A stretch of DNA of 64,000 bases, taken from positions 13,301-77,300 of the forward strand of contig JAZJXT010000005.1 in assembly GCA_040390725.1 (NCBI GenBank). The letters are read 5' to 3'. This document shows, piece by piece, positions 1-7,852 of this stretch. Origin of the DNA: Patescibacteria group bacterium (GTDB taxonomy: Bacteria; Patescibacteriota; Minisyncoccia; Phycocordibacterales; UBA9973). The first letter of the stretch is position 1, and each line of letters starts with the position of its first letter. The translations under genes were made by a program, and so were the position numbers. The notes below the pieces were generated by a model. It saw only the letters and a list, made by a program, of their open reading frames with translations. It searched no databases and was not told the origin of the DNA.

Positions 1-51
1 ATGGTCTCGACTGAGGTCTACATTATTTTCATTTTTGTCATTATTATTCAT
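1..51 (-). CDS. Possible 5' end of a gene running off the window (MNNNDKNENNVDLSRDH...)
   Basis: Minus-strand ATG at 51 opens a frame to the window edge, divergent from rpmF, with a -10-like TGnTATTAT just upstream; too short to assign. Confidence 0.35.
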   Translation of the reverse strand, partial: MNNNDKNENNVDLSRDH

Positions 52-111
52 ATAAATTTAATAATATCACATAATCATTGCATTTCAAATATAATATGCT
101 ATATTGGATAT

Positions 112-342
112 ATGGTAGTACGAATGAGACATACAAAATCGCATACAAAGAACAGGCGCTCACATCATGCGTTGGTTAAAACCAGTTTCGCAAAGTGCGA
201 GAATTGCTCTGCTTTGAAAAAGCGACATACAGTTTGCAAATCTTGCGGTACTTATCGCGGGATGAAAGTTGTGGATTTGGTCAAAAAAGCTGAAAAGAAA
301 GCTACGAAAGCAAAGGCTAAAAAGGTAGAAGCAGGCAAATAA
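112..342 (+). CDS. rpmF: 50S ribosomal protein L32 (Zn-ribbon type)
   Basis: MVVRMRHTKSHTKNRRSHHAL...CENC...HTVCKSCGTYRG; start moved to ATG 112, just behind an extended -10 TGCTATATT. Confidence 0.95.
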   Translation: MVVRMRHTKSHTKNRRSHHALVKTSFAKCENCSALKKRHTVCKSCGTYRGMKVVDLVKKAEKKATKAKAKKVEAGK

Positions 343-348
343 TTTAAT

Positions 349-404
349 TAGTTTCTAGGGGCTAGTGACTAGAAGCTAGAACCTAAAAACTAGAACCTAA
401 TTTA
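349..404. repeat. Heptamer tandem array (TAGAACC-like units, partly inverted)
   Basis: TAGTTTC TAGGGGC TAGTGAC TAGAAGC TAGAACC TAAAAAC TAGAACC TAATTTA, period 7. Confidence 0.8.
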
Positions 405-1304
405 ATGGCAAACAGGCACCTTTCCAGATCAATAGTGCTCCAGACGCTTTTCGAGTGGGATTTTAACGGCGCAAAAGAAGTCGACTTTAAGGAAATTGTA
501 AATCGTGACTTGAAAGAATATGCCCCTGGACTCGAGGATGATGTTTTCGTGTCCGCGCTTTTGGATTCTGTGGTAAAAAAGAGAACTATTATTGATGAAA
601 TTATTGAGAAAGCTGCGCCTGACTGGCCTTTAGAAAAAATCTCCGTTGTTGATAGAAATATCTTGAGAATAGGTTTGGCTGAGCTACTTTTTGGCGACAG
701 GAAACAAGTGCCTCCAAAAGTCGCTATCAATGAAGCCATTGAGCTGGCGAAAACTTTCGGCGGAGAAAATTCTAGTAAATTTATAAATGGAGTTCTCGGT
801 GCTGTTTACAAAGAAATAGGTGAGCCAGGCAAGGACGAAACGAGCAAGAGCAAAAAGCCCGATGAGCCGGTAGATGTTTTGACGTTGCCGGTAGAAAAAT
901 TTGGCGGGGCGCTTATTTTTTCAAAAAAAGGATCTGACTTATATTTGGCATTAGTTCACGATGTCTTTGGATATTGGACTCTTTCAAAAGGGCACATAGA
1001 GCCTGGTGAGAGTGAAGAAGATGGCACGATGAGAGAAATAAAAGAAGAAACAGGGCTTGATATAAAAATTATAGAAAAGTTGGGTGAGAACGAATATATT
1101 GCAAAGCACCCGGAAAAAGGAAAAATTTTAAAAAAAGTCACTTATTTTTTAGCAGAAAGCGAATATAAAGAATTAGTATTAGAGCAGTCAGGCGGGCTCG
1201 ACGGAGCTAGATGGTTTCAGCTTTCTGAAATTCCTGAGCTTCGCATTTATAACGATATTATACCGTTGATTTCAAAAGCGATTGAGATTATTAGTAAGGG
1301 GTAA
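405..1304 (+). CDS. nusB: Transcription antitermination factor NusB fused to a C-terminal NUDIX hydrolase
   Basis: NusB motifs RHLSR, DRNILR, VAINEAIELAKTFG, FINGVLG; intact Nudix box GHIEPGESEEDGTMREIKEETG. Confidence 0.93.
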   Translation: MANRHLSRSIVLQTLFEWDFNGAKEVDFKEIVNRDLKEYAPGLEDDVFVSALLDSVVKKRTIIDEIIEKAAPDWPLEKISVVDRNILRIGLAELLFGDRKQVPPKVAINEAIELAKTFGGENSSKFINGVLGAVYKEIGEPGKDETSKSKKPDEPVDVLTLPVEKFGGALIFSKKGSDLYLALVHDVFGYWTLSKGHIEPGESEEDGTMREIKEETGLDIKIIEKLGENEYIAKHPEKGKILKKVTYFLAESEYKELVLEQSGGLDGARWFQLSEIPELRIYNDIIPLISKAIEIISKG

Positions 1305-1324
1305 GACCTCACCCTAAAAAATTT

Positions 1325-2020
1325 ATGATAAATTTTTCTGAATTCGAGAAAAAAACAAAAATAATTTTTAAAAATAAAGACTTGTTGAAGCAAGCATTCA
1401 TCCACCGTTCATATATAAATGAAAATCCAAATGTTGGGCTATCGCACAATGAACGCTTGGAATTTTTAGGTGATGCAGTGCTCGAGCTCATCGTGACGGA
1501 TTTTCTTTATAAAAAATATCCAAATTATGCGGAAGGGGAATTGACGGCATTACGTTCAGCCCTCGTGAATGCAATTATTATTTCCGAAATTGCTTCAAAG
1601 ACAGGCATGAATGATTTTCTGCTTTTGTCCAAAGGGGAATCCAAAGATATGGGTAAAGCAAGACAATATATTTTGGCGAATACTTATGAGGCATATGTAG
1701 GAGCATTATATATGGATCAGGGATATGATATGGCGGATAAATTTGTTAATGAAACTATTTTGCCTCATACTGATGAAATTATTGCCAAGAAACTTTGGCG
1801 CGATGCGAAAAGCTTGGTACAAGAAAAGTCCCAAGAATTTGTGGGCTTTACTCCAGCGTATAAAGTCTTGCACGAGACAGGTCCGGATCACGACAAGCAT
1901 TTTACCGTCGGCATATATTTCGGACCGGAGTTAATAGCCGAAGGCAAAGGCAAATCAAAACAAGAGGCCGAACAAAAAGCTGCTGAAAATGCATTAAAAT
2001 TAAAACGTTGGTTGGATTAA
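1325..2020 (+). CDS. rnc: Ribonuclease III
   Basis: HNERLEFLGDAVL signature; C-terminal dsRBD (GPDHDKHF, GKSKQEAEQKAA). Confidence 0.97.
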   Translation: MINFSEFEKKTKIIFKNKDLLKQAFIHRSYINENPNVGLSHNERLEFLGDAVLELIVTDFLYKKYPNYAEGELTALRSALVNAIIISEIASKTGMNDFLLLSKGESKDMGKARQYILANTYEAYVGALYMDQGYDMADKFVNETILPHTDEIIAKKLWRDAKSLVQEKSQEFVGFTPAYKVLHETGPDHDKHFTVGIYFGPELIAEGKGKSKQEAEQKAAENALKLKRWLD

Positions 2021-2024
2021 AAAT

Positions 2025-4316
2025 ATGCGATTGAATTCCATAGAAATAAACGGCTTCAAATCTTTTTCCAAAAAAACACCTTTGGAATTTTTGAGTCCTG
2101 TTGTGGCTGTGGTGGGGCCCAATGGCTCCGGCAAGTCTAACGTCGTCGAGGCATTTCGCTTTGTGCTCGGTGAACAATCAATGAAATCAATGCGAGGTAA
2201 AGCCGGCTCGGATTTGGTTTTTAAAGGTTCAAAAAATCTACCGAAAGGCACTCGCGCATCTGTGACGATTTATTTTAATAATGCGGATAAGATTTTTAAA
2301 CTTTCAAATGAAAGCGGCGAGAATGTAAATTTAAATTTTGATACTATTTCTATTTCTCGTGAAGTGCATATTGATGGATTAAATAAATATATTTTAAACG
2401 GCACCGAGGTACGCTTGAAAGATATACAAAATCTTTTGGCCTCGGTGAATATCGGTTCTTCCGGGCACCATATTATTTCTCAAGGCGAGGCGGACAGGAT
2501 TTTAAATGCATCACCACGGGACAGGCGGGAAATGGTAGAGGATGCACTAGGATTGAAAATATACCAATATAAAATAAAAGAAGCAGATAGAAAATTAGAG
2601 AGAACTTTAAATAATATTAAAGAAGTTTCTTTGTTGCGTAGAGAAAACGCTCCGCACTTGAATTTCTTAAAAAAACAAGTGGAGAAATTTGAAAAAGCTA
2701 AAGAAATGAAAGTGGAACTGCTCGACCTTTATCGAGATTATTTAAAAAAAGAGAGCATATATTTAGACCAAGAAAAAAATAATTTAAATAATGAGAAAAA
2801 TAAAATCTCAAATGAACTGGCAAATATCGGTGGGCAACTTTCCTCCATGGAAAGTAATGCTCCGTTTGAGGAAAATAAAAAATCAATAGAAATTAGAAAC
2901 CTTGAACAAAAAATCAGGGAAATAAGAAATGTAAAAAGTGAACTTGAAAGAAAGCTCGGACGCATTGAAGGAATGATAGAAATGGAAGAACGTCGAACAC
3001 AGAAAGCTCCGGTTGAAATACAAAATCAAAATCATACAGAAAAAGTAAATATTCCTCAAGAAGAGCTAGAGAATTTTTTACGCGAAGCGCACGAGTATTT
3101 GGAAGAGGCTATGTATATGGATGTTTTGGAAAATATTCAACCTATTTTGCGTAAAATAAAGGATATTTTGGATAGGTTTGCGAATTCTACTTCTTCGTCA
3201 AAAGTTCCTTCTGATTCTCACCAACCAGCAGGCAGAGCAGTAACTGATAATTCTGAAATGCTAAATAATGTGCAGGCTCTCAAAGATTCTCAGCAAGCAA
3301 TTCTTGCAGAAATGCAAAAGATAGAACAAGAAGAAAAAAATATTTCTGAGAATGTAGAAATTTTGAAAAGTGAAATTAGTAGAGAAGTAGAGGCAGGCAG
3401 AGAGCAAGAGCGTGCAAGGTTTGATTTGAAAATGAAACATAGTGAGCTTTCTTCGGTGTTGAATGTTTTGAAAGTCAGAGAAGAAAATTTATCACGTGAA
3501 GTGGAAAGTTTCGAAAATGAAATTAGGGAAGGTTCGGCTCTTGTCGGCGGGGAAATTTTTTCATATAAAAATGCGGAAGTTTCCGGTGATATTGAAAAGC
3601 ATACTCAAGAAGAAGAGAAAAGAAAAATAGAAAGAATTAAAATAAAATTGGAAGACGCAGGCCTCGGCGGGGGATCAGAAATAATAAAAGAATATGAAGA
3701 GGTTTCCACCCGTGATCAATTCTTGGCGAAAGAATTGGAAGATTTAGGCAAGAGTATTGATTCATTACGCATATTGATGGCGGACTTGAAAGAGAAGATT
3801 GATTTTGAATTTAAAGAAGGTGTGAAAAAAATAAATAAAGAATTCCAAGAATTTTTCGCTCTTATGTTCGGCGGGGGGTCTGGTTTTCTTTCTGTCGTTG
3901 CCGAGCAGAAAAAGGCAAAAGCAGGGGAGGAAGAAGAAACAGAAGATGGAATTATTTTTGAACATGGCATAGAAATAAATGTTTCTCTTCCGCACAAAAA
4001 AGTAAAAGAACTGCATGCGCTTTCCGGAGGCGAGCGCTCGCTCACATCCATCGCGCTTCTTTTCGCAATGTCGCAAGTCAACCCTCCGCCATTTCTTATC
4101 TTAGATGAAACTGACGCAGCCCTCGACGAAGCCAATTCGCGTAAATATGGCGATATGGTGGAAAGACTTTCCAAGCATTCACAGCTCATAGTCGTCACTC
4201 ACAACCGTGAGACGATGTCCCGCGCAGGAGTCCTCTACGGCGTTACCATAGGTGCCGACGGCGCATCCAAACTCCTCTCCGTCAAATTCGACGAAGCTCA
4301 AGCTATTGCGAAATAA
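2025..4316 (+). CDS. smc: Short SMC-family chromosome segregation ATPase
   Basis: GFKSF, Walker A GPNGSGKSN, Q-loop ISQG, signature LSGGE, Walker B LDETDAALD, coiled coils; follows rnc; scpAB are in the window. Confidence 0.88.
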   Translation: MRLNSIEINGFKSFSKKTPLEFLSPVVAVVGPNGSGKSNVVEAFRFVLGEQSMKSMRGKAGSDLVFKGSKNLPKGTRASVTIYFNNADKIFKLSNESGENVNLNFDTISISREVHIDGLNKYILNGTEVRLKDIQNLLASVNIGSSGHHIISQGEADRILNASPRDRREMVEDALGLKIYQYKIKEADRKLERTLNNIKEVSLLRRENAPHLNFLKKQVEKFEKAKEMKVELLDLYRDYLKKESIYLDQEKNNLNNEKNKISNELANIGGQLSSMESNAPFEENKKSIEIRNLEQKIREIRNVKSELERKLGRIEGMIEMEERRTQKAPVEIQNQNHTEKVNIPQEELENFLREAHEYLEEAMYMDVLENIQPILRKIKDILDRFANSTSSSKVPSDSHQPAGRAVTDNSEMLNNVQALKDSQQAILAEMQKIEQEEKNISENVEILKSEISREVEAGREQERARFDLKMKHSELSSVLNVLKVREENLSREVESFENEIREGSALVGGEIFSYKNAEVSGDIEKHTQEEEKRKIERIKIKLEDAGLGGGSEIIKEYEEVSTRDQFLAKELEDLGKSIDSLRILMADLKEKIDFEFKEGVKKINKEFQEFFALMFGGGSGFLSVVAEQKKAKAGEEEETEDGIIFEHGIEINVSLPHKKVKELHALSGGERSLTSIALLFAMSQVNPPPFLILDETDAALDEANSRKYGDMVERLSKHSQLIVVTHNRETMSRAGVLYGVTIGADGASKLLSVKFDEAQAIAK

Positions 4317-4327
4317 AGAAGAGAAAA

Positions 4328-4382
4328 GAACCTCACCCCAGATTCAAAGTATCTCACCCTAAGATTCAAGGAACCTCACCCC
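4328..4382 (+). repeat. Three direct repeats of CTCACCC (about 22-bp period; the first two followed by AGATTCAA)
   Basis: gaacctcaccccagattcaaagt atctcaccctaagattcaag gaacctcacccc. Confidence 0.7.
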
Positions 4383-4713
4383 ATCCGCCAGCTGGCGGAC
4401 TCTCCTTATTAAGGAGAGGGGGAAAATACAAAATTCAAATCGGCATGACTATTTTTTATAACAAATCTAAAAATTTAACTAAAAGAATTTTATTGAGACA
4501 ATCTCAAACTTCTCAAGAAGTAATGCTTTGGGGAAAATTAAGAAATATAAAGAATATGACAAGCAAAGGTCTGATTATTTATCGGTATTTAATATCAAAG
4601 TAATTCGTTTTTGGAATAATGAAATAAATACCAATATAGAAGGTGTCATATTAAAAATTATTGATGAGTTGAATTCCCCCTCTCCTTAATAAGGAGAGGG
4701 TAGGGTGAGGTTC
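4371..4713. mobile_element. REP-bounded DUF559 element (defective)
   Basis: Perfect 25-bp inverted repeats CTCTCCTTATTAAGGAGAGGGGGAA (4400-4424 / 4674-4698) with outer GAACCTCACCC / GGGTGAGGTTC ends enclose a DUF559 remnant. Confidence 0.65.
4445..4689 (+). pseudogene. DUF559 (Vsr-like/PD-(D/E)xK) endonuclease pseudogene with central deletion and frameshift
   Basis: First frame MTIFYNKSKNLTKRILLRQSQTSQEVMLWGKLRN; another frame KEYDKQRSDYLSVFNIKVIRFWNNEINTNIEGVILKII; the FRRQ...DF...IE.DG..H core is missing. Confidence 0.8.
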
Positions 4714-4772
4714 TGCTGGATTTATAGTAGTCGCAAAATAAGCCTTATTTATAAGGACTTTCTATATTTTAG

Positions 4773-4801
4773 TTGACATTTGGGTTAGCATATGATATAC
4801 T
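4773..4801 (+). promoter_or_regulatory. Sigma70 promoter for the 4955-5808 ORFan pair
   Basis: TTGACA-17 bp-TATACT with TG extension. Confidence 0.75.
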
Positions 4802-4954
4802 TGCTGTAGACTATTTCTTTGAAAAAACATTGATTTTTGATTACTTAGGTTATTTGGATTTCCCGAAATTAGATCACAACATTTGTTGTGTTTTAATTTC
4901 GGGAAAAGCTGAACACCCGAGTAAGAAGTAGGCGAAAAAATAAACTTAGAAATA

Positions 4955-5440
4955 ATGAAAGAATTATTGTTAGAAAAAGCACGTGAATCTGGTATCTTAA
5001 TTGATGTGATTGAGAGAAATATTAATATCAATTATGATCAGGATATGTATGAACTTGGGGGATTAATCCGCTCTAATCAAGAGCAAAACATTTTTCGGAA
5101 CATAGATAAAAAATATGATCCCCCTAAGGGACAAAAAAATGAGGACGTAGTTCTCATCAAATTTCCAAAGATGTTTTCCTGGGACCAGGGTGTATCCTGG
5201 GGCCGACAAGCTGGTCTTAGTCATTCAACACCTTGGGTTGTGTTTAGCTTGAAGGATACCCCGTATCCAATTTTGGAAACAAGGGGCTATTCAGTTTGCA
5301 AGTGGGACTATGGACTAAATGGTCAGGTAATTGACGACTGGAGGGAAGAATATGTTTGCGGGATTAACGAAAAAGGTGAAGCAAAAGTCTTTTCTCAGCC
5401 TCGTAGAGAGAATCCTTTCTGGCTCGCATTTCTTCGTTAG
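4955..5440 (+). CDS. Hypothetical protein (ORFan)
   Basis: 161-aa ORF behind a consensus promoter; no family recognised with confidence. Confidence 0.7.
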   Translation: MKELLLEKARESGILIDVIERNININYDQDMYELGGLIRSNQEQNIFRNIDKKYDPPKGQKNEDVVLIKFPKMFSWDQGVSWGRQAGLSHSTPWVVFSLKDTPYPILETRGYSVCKWDYGLNGQVIDDWREEYVCGINEKGEAKVFSQPRRENPFWLAFLR

Positions 5441-5514
5441 TGGAAAAAGGTGAAACTGCTTACCTTTAAGTAGCAGAATTTTTTTTGTTTAACTTCTAAT
5501 TTAAAAATCAAATC

Positions 5515-5808
5515 ATGAATTTACATCAGATTACCGTAGAGCAGGCGGCGACTATCGCCACCCAGTTCTTGAAGCAAGAAATTGCAGAAATTCTTTGTTT
5601 GGGTCGCGATGATGGAGAACCTAAATATATTTGTATCAGGATGAAAAATCTTGAGGAGGACGTAAGTCCATGCCTCTATATCTACCCCAGTGGTAGTGTT
5701 CACCTTATTCACATTAAGGATGGAGGAGCAAATAGGCCATTCCAGCCTGTTAATGCTCTGCCTATAACGGATTATCTCCGTAGTGAGGGATTTGAGTTTA
5801 AATACTAA
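5515..5808 (+). CDS. Hypothetical protein (ORFan)
   Basis: 97-aa ORF, AT-rich upstream region, followed by a terminator-like hairpin. Confidence 0.65.
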   Translation: MNLHQITVEQAATIATQFLKQEIAEILCLGRDDGEPKYICIRMKNLEEDVSPCLYIYPSGSVHLIHIKDGGANRPFQPVNALPITDYLRSEGFEFKY

Positions 5809-5850
5809 TTTTCCTCAGTAAAGCCACTTACTAAAATAGTGGCACGTAAT

Positions 5851-5888
5851 AAAAAACGCGTACGATTCAATCTACGCGTTTTCTTTTT
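5851..5888 (+). terminator. Intrinsic terminator
   Basis: AAAAAACGCGTA...TACGCGTTTTCTTTTT. Confidence 0.6.
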
Positions 5889-5903
5889 GCTAATTTTTAA
5901 ATT

Positions 5904-5937
5904 TCTACGATAGTCGACATATGTTTGCTATCGTAGA
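5904..5937 (+). repeat. 34-bp near-palindrome, solo copy (family of 50854 and 51494)
   Basis: TCTACGATAGTCGACATATGTTTGCTATCGTAGA; 32/34 identical to 51494-51527 and 31/34 to the reverse complement of 50854-50887. Confidence 0.92.
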
Positions 5938-5948
5938 TTATGGATAGT

Positions 5949-7841
5949 TTACTTTGCAAACTTAATTTTCTCTTCTTTTCCTAAAATAGGTTTTTGGGGT
6001 TGGAAGACAGAATTTAATTTTATTATATTTTTCTTTACGGACATTGTGCCAGCTTTGTAAAGTTTTATTTCTAGCAACATTCCTTGCATCGTGTTTTCCG
6101 AGAATTTTTGGTCAAAGATAAAGTTGCCTAATGAGTAGGCTATATAACTATTTTTATAAACTTCAAAATCTTCCACGACATGCGGATGCGCGCCGATGAC
6201 GAGTTTGGCACCGTCGTCTACGGCTTTATGCGCTAGGTATTCTTGGCGAGTATTATGTTTTGTTTGATATTCCTCACCGAAATGAAATGACACCACTAAA
6301 CTATCCACTTGTTTCGAAGCATTTTGAATTATTTTATCAAAATTCGGATTAGTGGTGAGTAGTAGTCCAGATTCTGTATCAGTAGGAGTCAACCATTCTG
6401 GGCCTTTATCAGAGAATGCCAGATAGCCTATTTTCATACCATTTTTTTCAATTATTTTAGGAATTTCTGCGTTATTTTCATTTGCTCCGCCTCCCGAATA
6501 AAGAATTTCGTTTTCTGTTAAGTGCGAAAGTGTGTCTTCGAAAGCTTCACGACCCCAGTCGCCGATATGATTGTTTGAAATAGAAAGTACATCTATGCCA
6601 GCACCCTTGAGTGCGGGTATAGTTTCCGGATCCATTCTGAAAGAATATAAATTGTGTTTATCTTCTCCTTGGTCTGACGCTGGGCCTTCTAAATTTGCAA
6701 AGACGATATCATTTTTATTAAGTTCACCCATGTTTTGGAAAAGAGCGGAATAGTCGCCGTTGAAATTCTTGCGAACGGAACTTTTTACTCCGCGGTCGAG
6801 CATGATGTCGCCCAAGAATGCTAAATTCACATAGTCAGGTTCTGCAAATTCAGGCATGCCTTCTTTGGTTTTTACCCAATTACTTTTTGCGTCTATTTCA
6901 CCACCGTAATAAATATTTTTCTTCACAAATTTTAAAATACTTTCCACGTCTTTTTTGCGGTCTGGTGTACGGAGGAGGACAATAGCTACATTTCTTTTCC
7001 CGGACTCAGAAAGAGGCAGGGAAAAATTTGAAATCACCGTTTGCTTAGCTTCGTCGGTGTATCCGCTCTTACCGCCCAGGTATCCATCATCACTTAGGAA
7101 TTGATTGGTGCTGTACCAGAAATGTTTTTTATTGCTGTAACTTTTATTTTGAGTTATTTTTAAAACATTAGGCGCGTTATTTTTTAAATATCCGGCGAGA
7201 GAAAATAGGTCGCGTGCGGTGGATTGATTGTTCGGCGAGAGTCCGCTCGGGTCTTCAAAGGACGTCGAAGGCATTGATAATCTTTGCGCTTCTTGATTCA
7301 TTTTTTGCAGGAAAGTTTCTCTATTAAAGTGTTCGGCTATTATTTCAGCGGCATCATTTGAAGATTCCAGTAGAAGAGGGTAGAGGATATCGCTTATCTT
7401 TATTTTTTCATTTAAATGAAAAGCGCCGTTTTGTCCGTATGTGGCAAGGGCTTTTTTGGAAACAACAGCCACATCATTGTCATCAGGCAGTTCTGTGGCG
7501 GTGAGAGCCGTCATAAGTTTTGAAACAGATGCGATAGGGTATTTTTGTTCTTCTTTTTTCTTTAAAATTATTTCACCGGTGTCCAAGTCACCCACTATGT
7601 ATGCATCAGCAGAAATCTTCGGCGCTATTTTTGGATCTTTTAGAAAATAAAAACTTGTCTGCTCAGGAGTTTTTGTTTCAGATATTGGTGCCGGTTGTGT
7701 TTTCGGGACTTCATTTTGGGTATTTCCTTCTTTTGATATTTTATAATATCCGATGGCTTGCGTTATGAAAAAAGCGGAGGCTAGTCCTACGGTTAAGGAT
7801 ATAATTACAAATAGAAATTTTTTTGCTGCTCGTTTAACCAT
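5949..7841 (-). CDS. D-alanyl-D-alanine carboxypeptidase (peptidase S11) fused to a CapA/PGA_cap metallophosphatase domain
   Basis: N-terminal TM; ASVSKLMT (SxxK), SSN (SxN), GKSG; then GDIMLDR, NLEG, NNHIGD, HFGEEY, GAHPH, YSLGNF. Confidence 0.88.
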   Translation of the reverse strand: MVKRAAKKFLFVIISLTVGLASAFFITQAIGYYKISKEGNTQNEVPKTQPAPISETKTPEQTSFYFLKDPKIAPKISADAYIVGDLDTGEIILKKKEEQKYPIASVSKLMTALTATELPDDNDVAVVSKKALATYGQNGAFHLNEKIKISDILYPLLLESSNDAAEIIAEHFNRETFLQKMNQEAQRLSMPSTSFEDPSGLSPNNQSTARDLFSLAGYLKNNAPNVLKITQNKSYSNKKHFWYSTNQFLSDDGYLGGKSGYTDEAKQTVISNFSLPLSESGKRNVAIVLLRTPDRKKDVESILKFVKKNIYYGGEIDAKSNWVKTKEGMPEFAEPDYVNLAFLGDIMLDRGVKSSVRKNFNGDYSALFQNMGELNKNDIVFANLEGPASDQGEDKHNLYSFRMDPETIPALKGAGIDVLSISNNHIGDWGREAFEDTLSHLTENEILYSGGGANENNAEIPKIIEKNGMKIGYLAFSDKGPEWLTPTDTESGLLLTTNPNFDKIIQNASKQVDSLVVSFHFGEEYQTKHNTRQEYLAHKAVDDGAKLVIGAHPHVVEDFEVYKNSYIAYSLGNFIFDQKFSENTMQGMLLEIKLYKAGTMSVKKNIIKLNSVFQPQKPILGKEEKIKFAK

Positions 7842-7852
7842 TTTTGAAATGA

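Noticed and set aside
1-111. N-terminal extension of L32
   Set aside because: AT-rich promoter DNA; L32 begins at ATG 112
1297-1316. AGGGGTAAGACCTCACCCT at the nusB end as a relic of the CCTCACCC repeat
   Set aside because: Only an 8-9 bp match without the internal hairpin; could be chance
3221-3238. CCAACCAGCAGGCAGAGC in smc as a degenerate CCTGCCGGCAGG-type palindrome insert
   Set aside because: Too degenerate, and no intact copy in the window to support it
4328-4382. Mini CRISPR array
   Set aside because: The period is only about 22 bp and the intervening sequences are near-identical, so this is a tandem duplication of an element end
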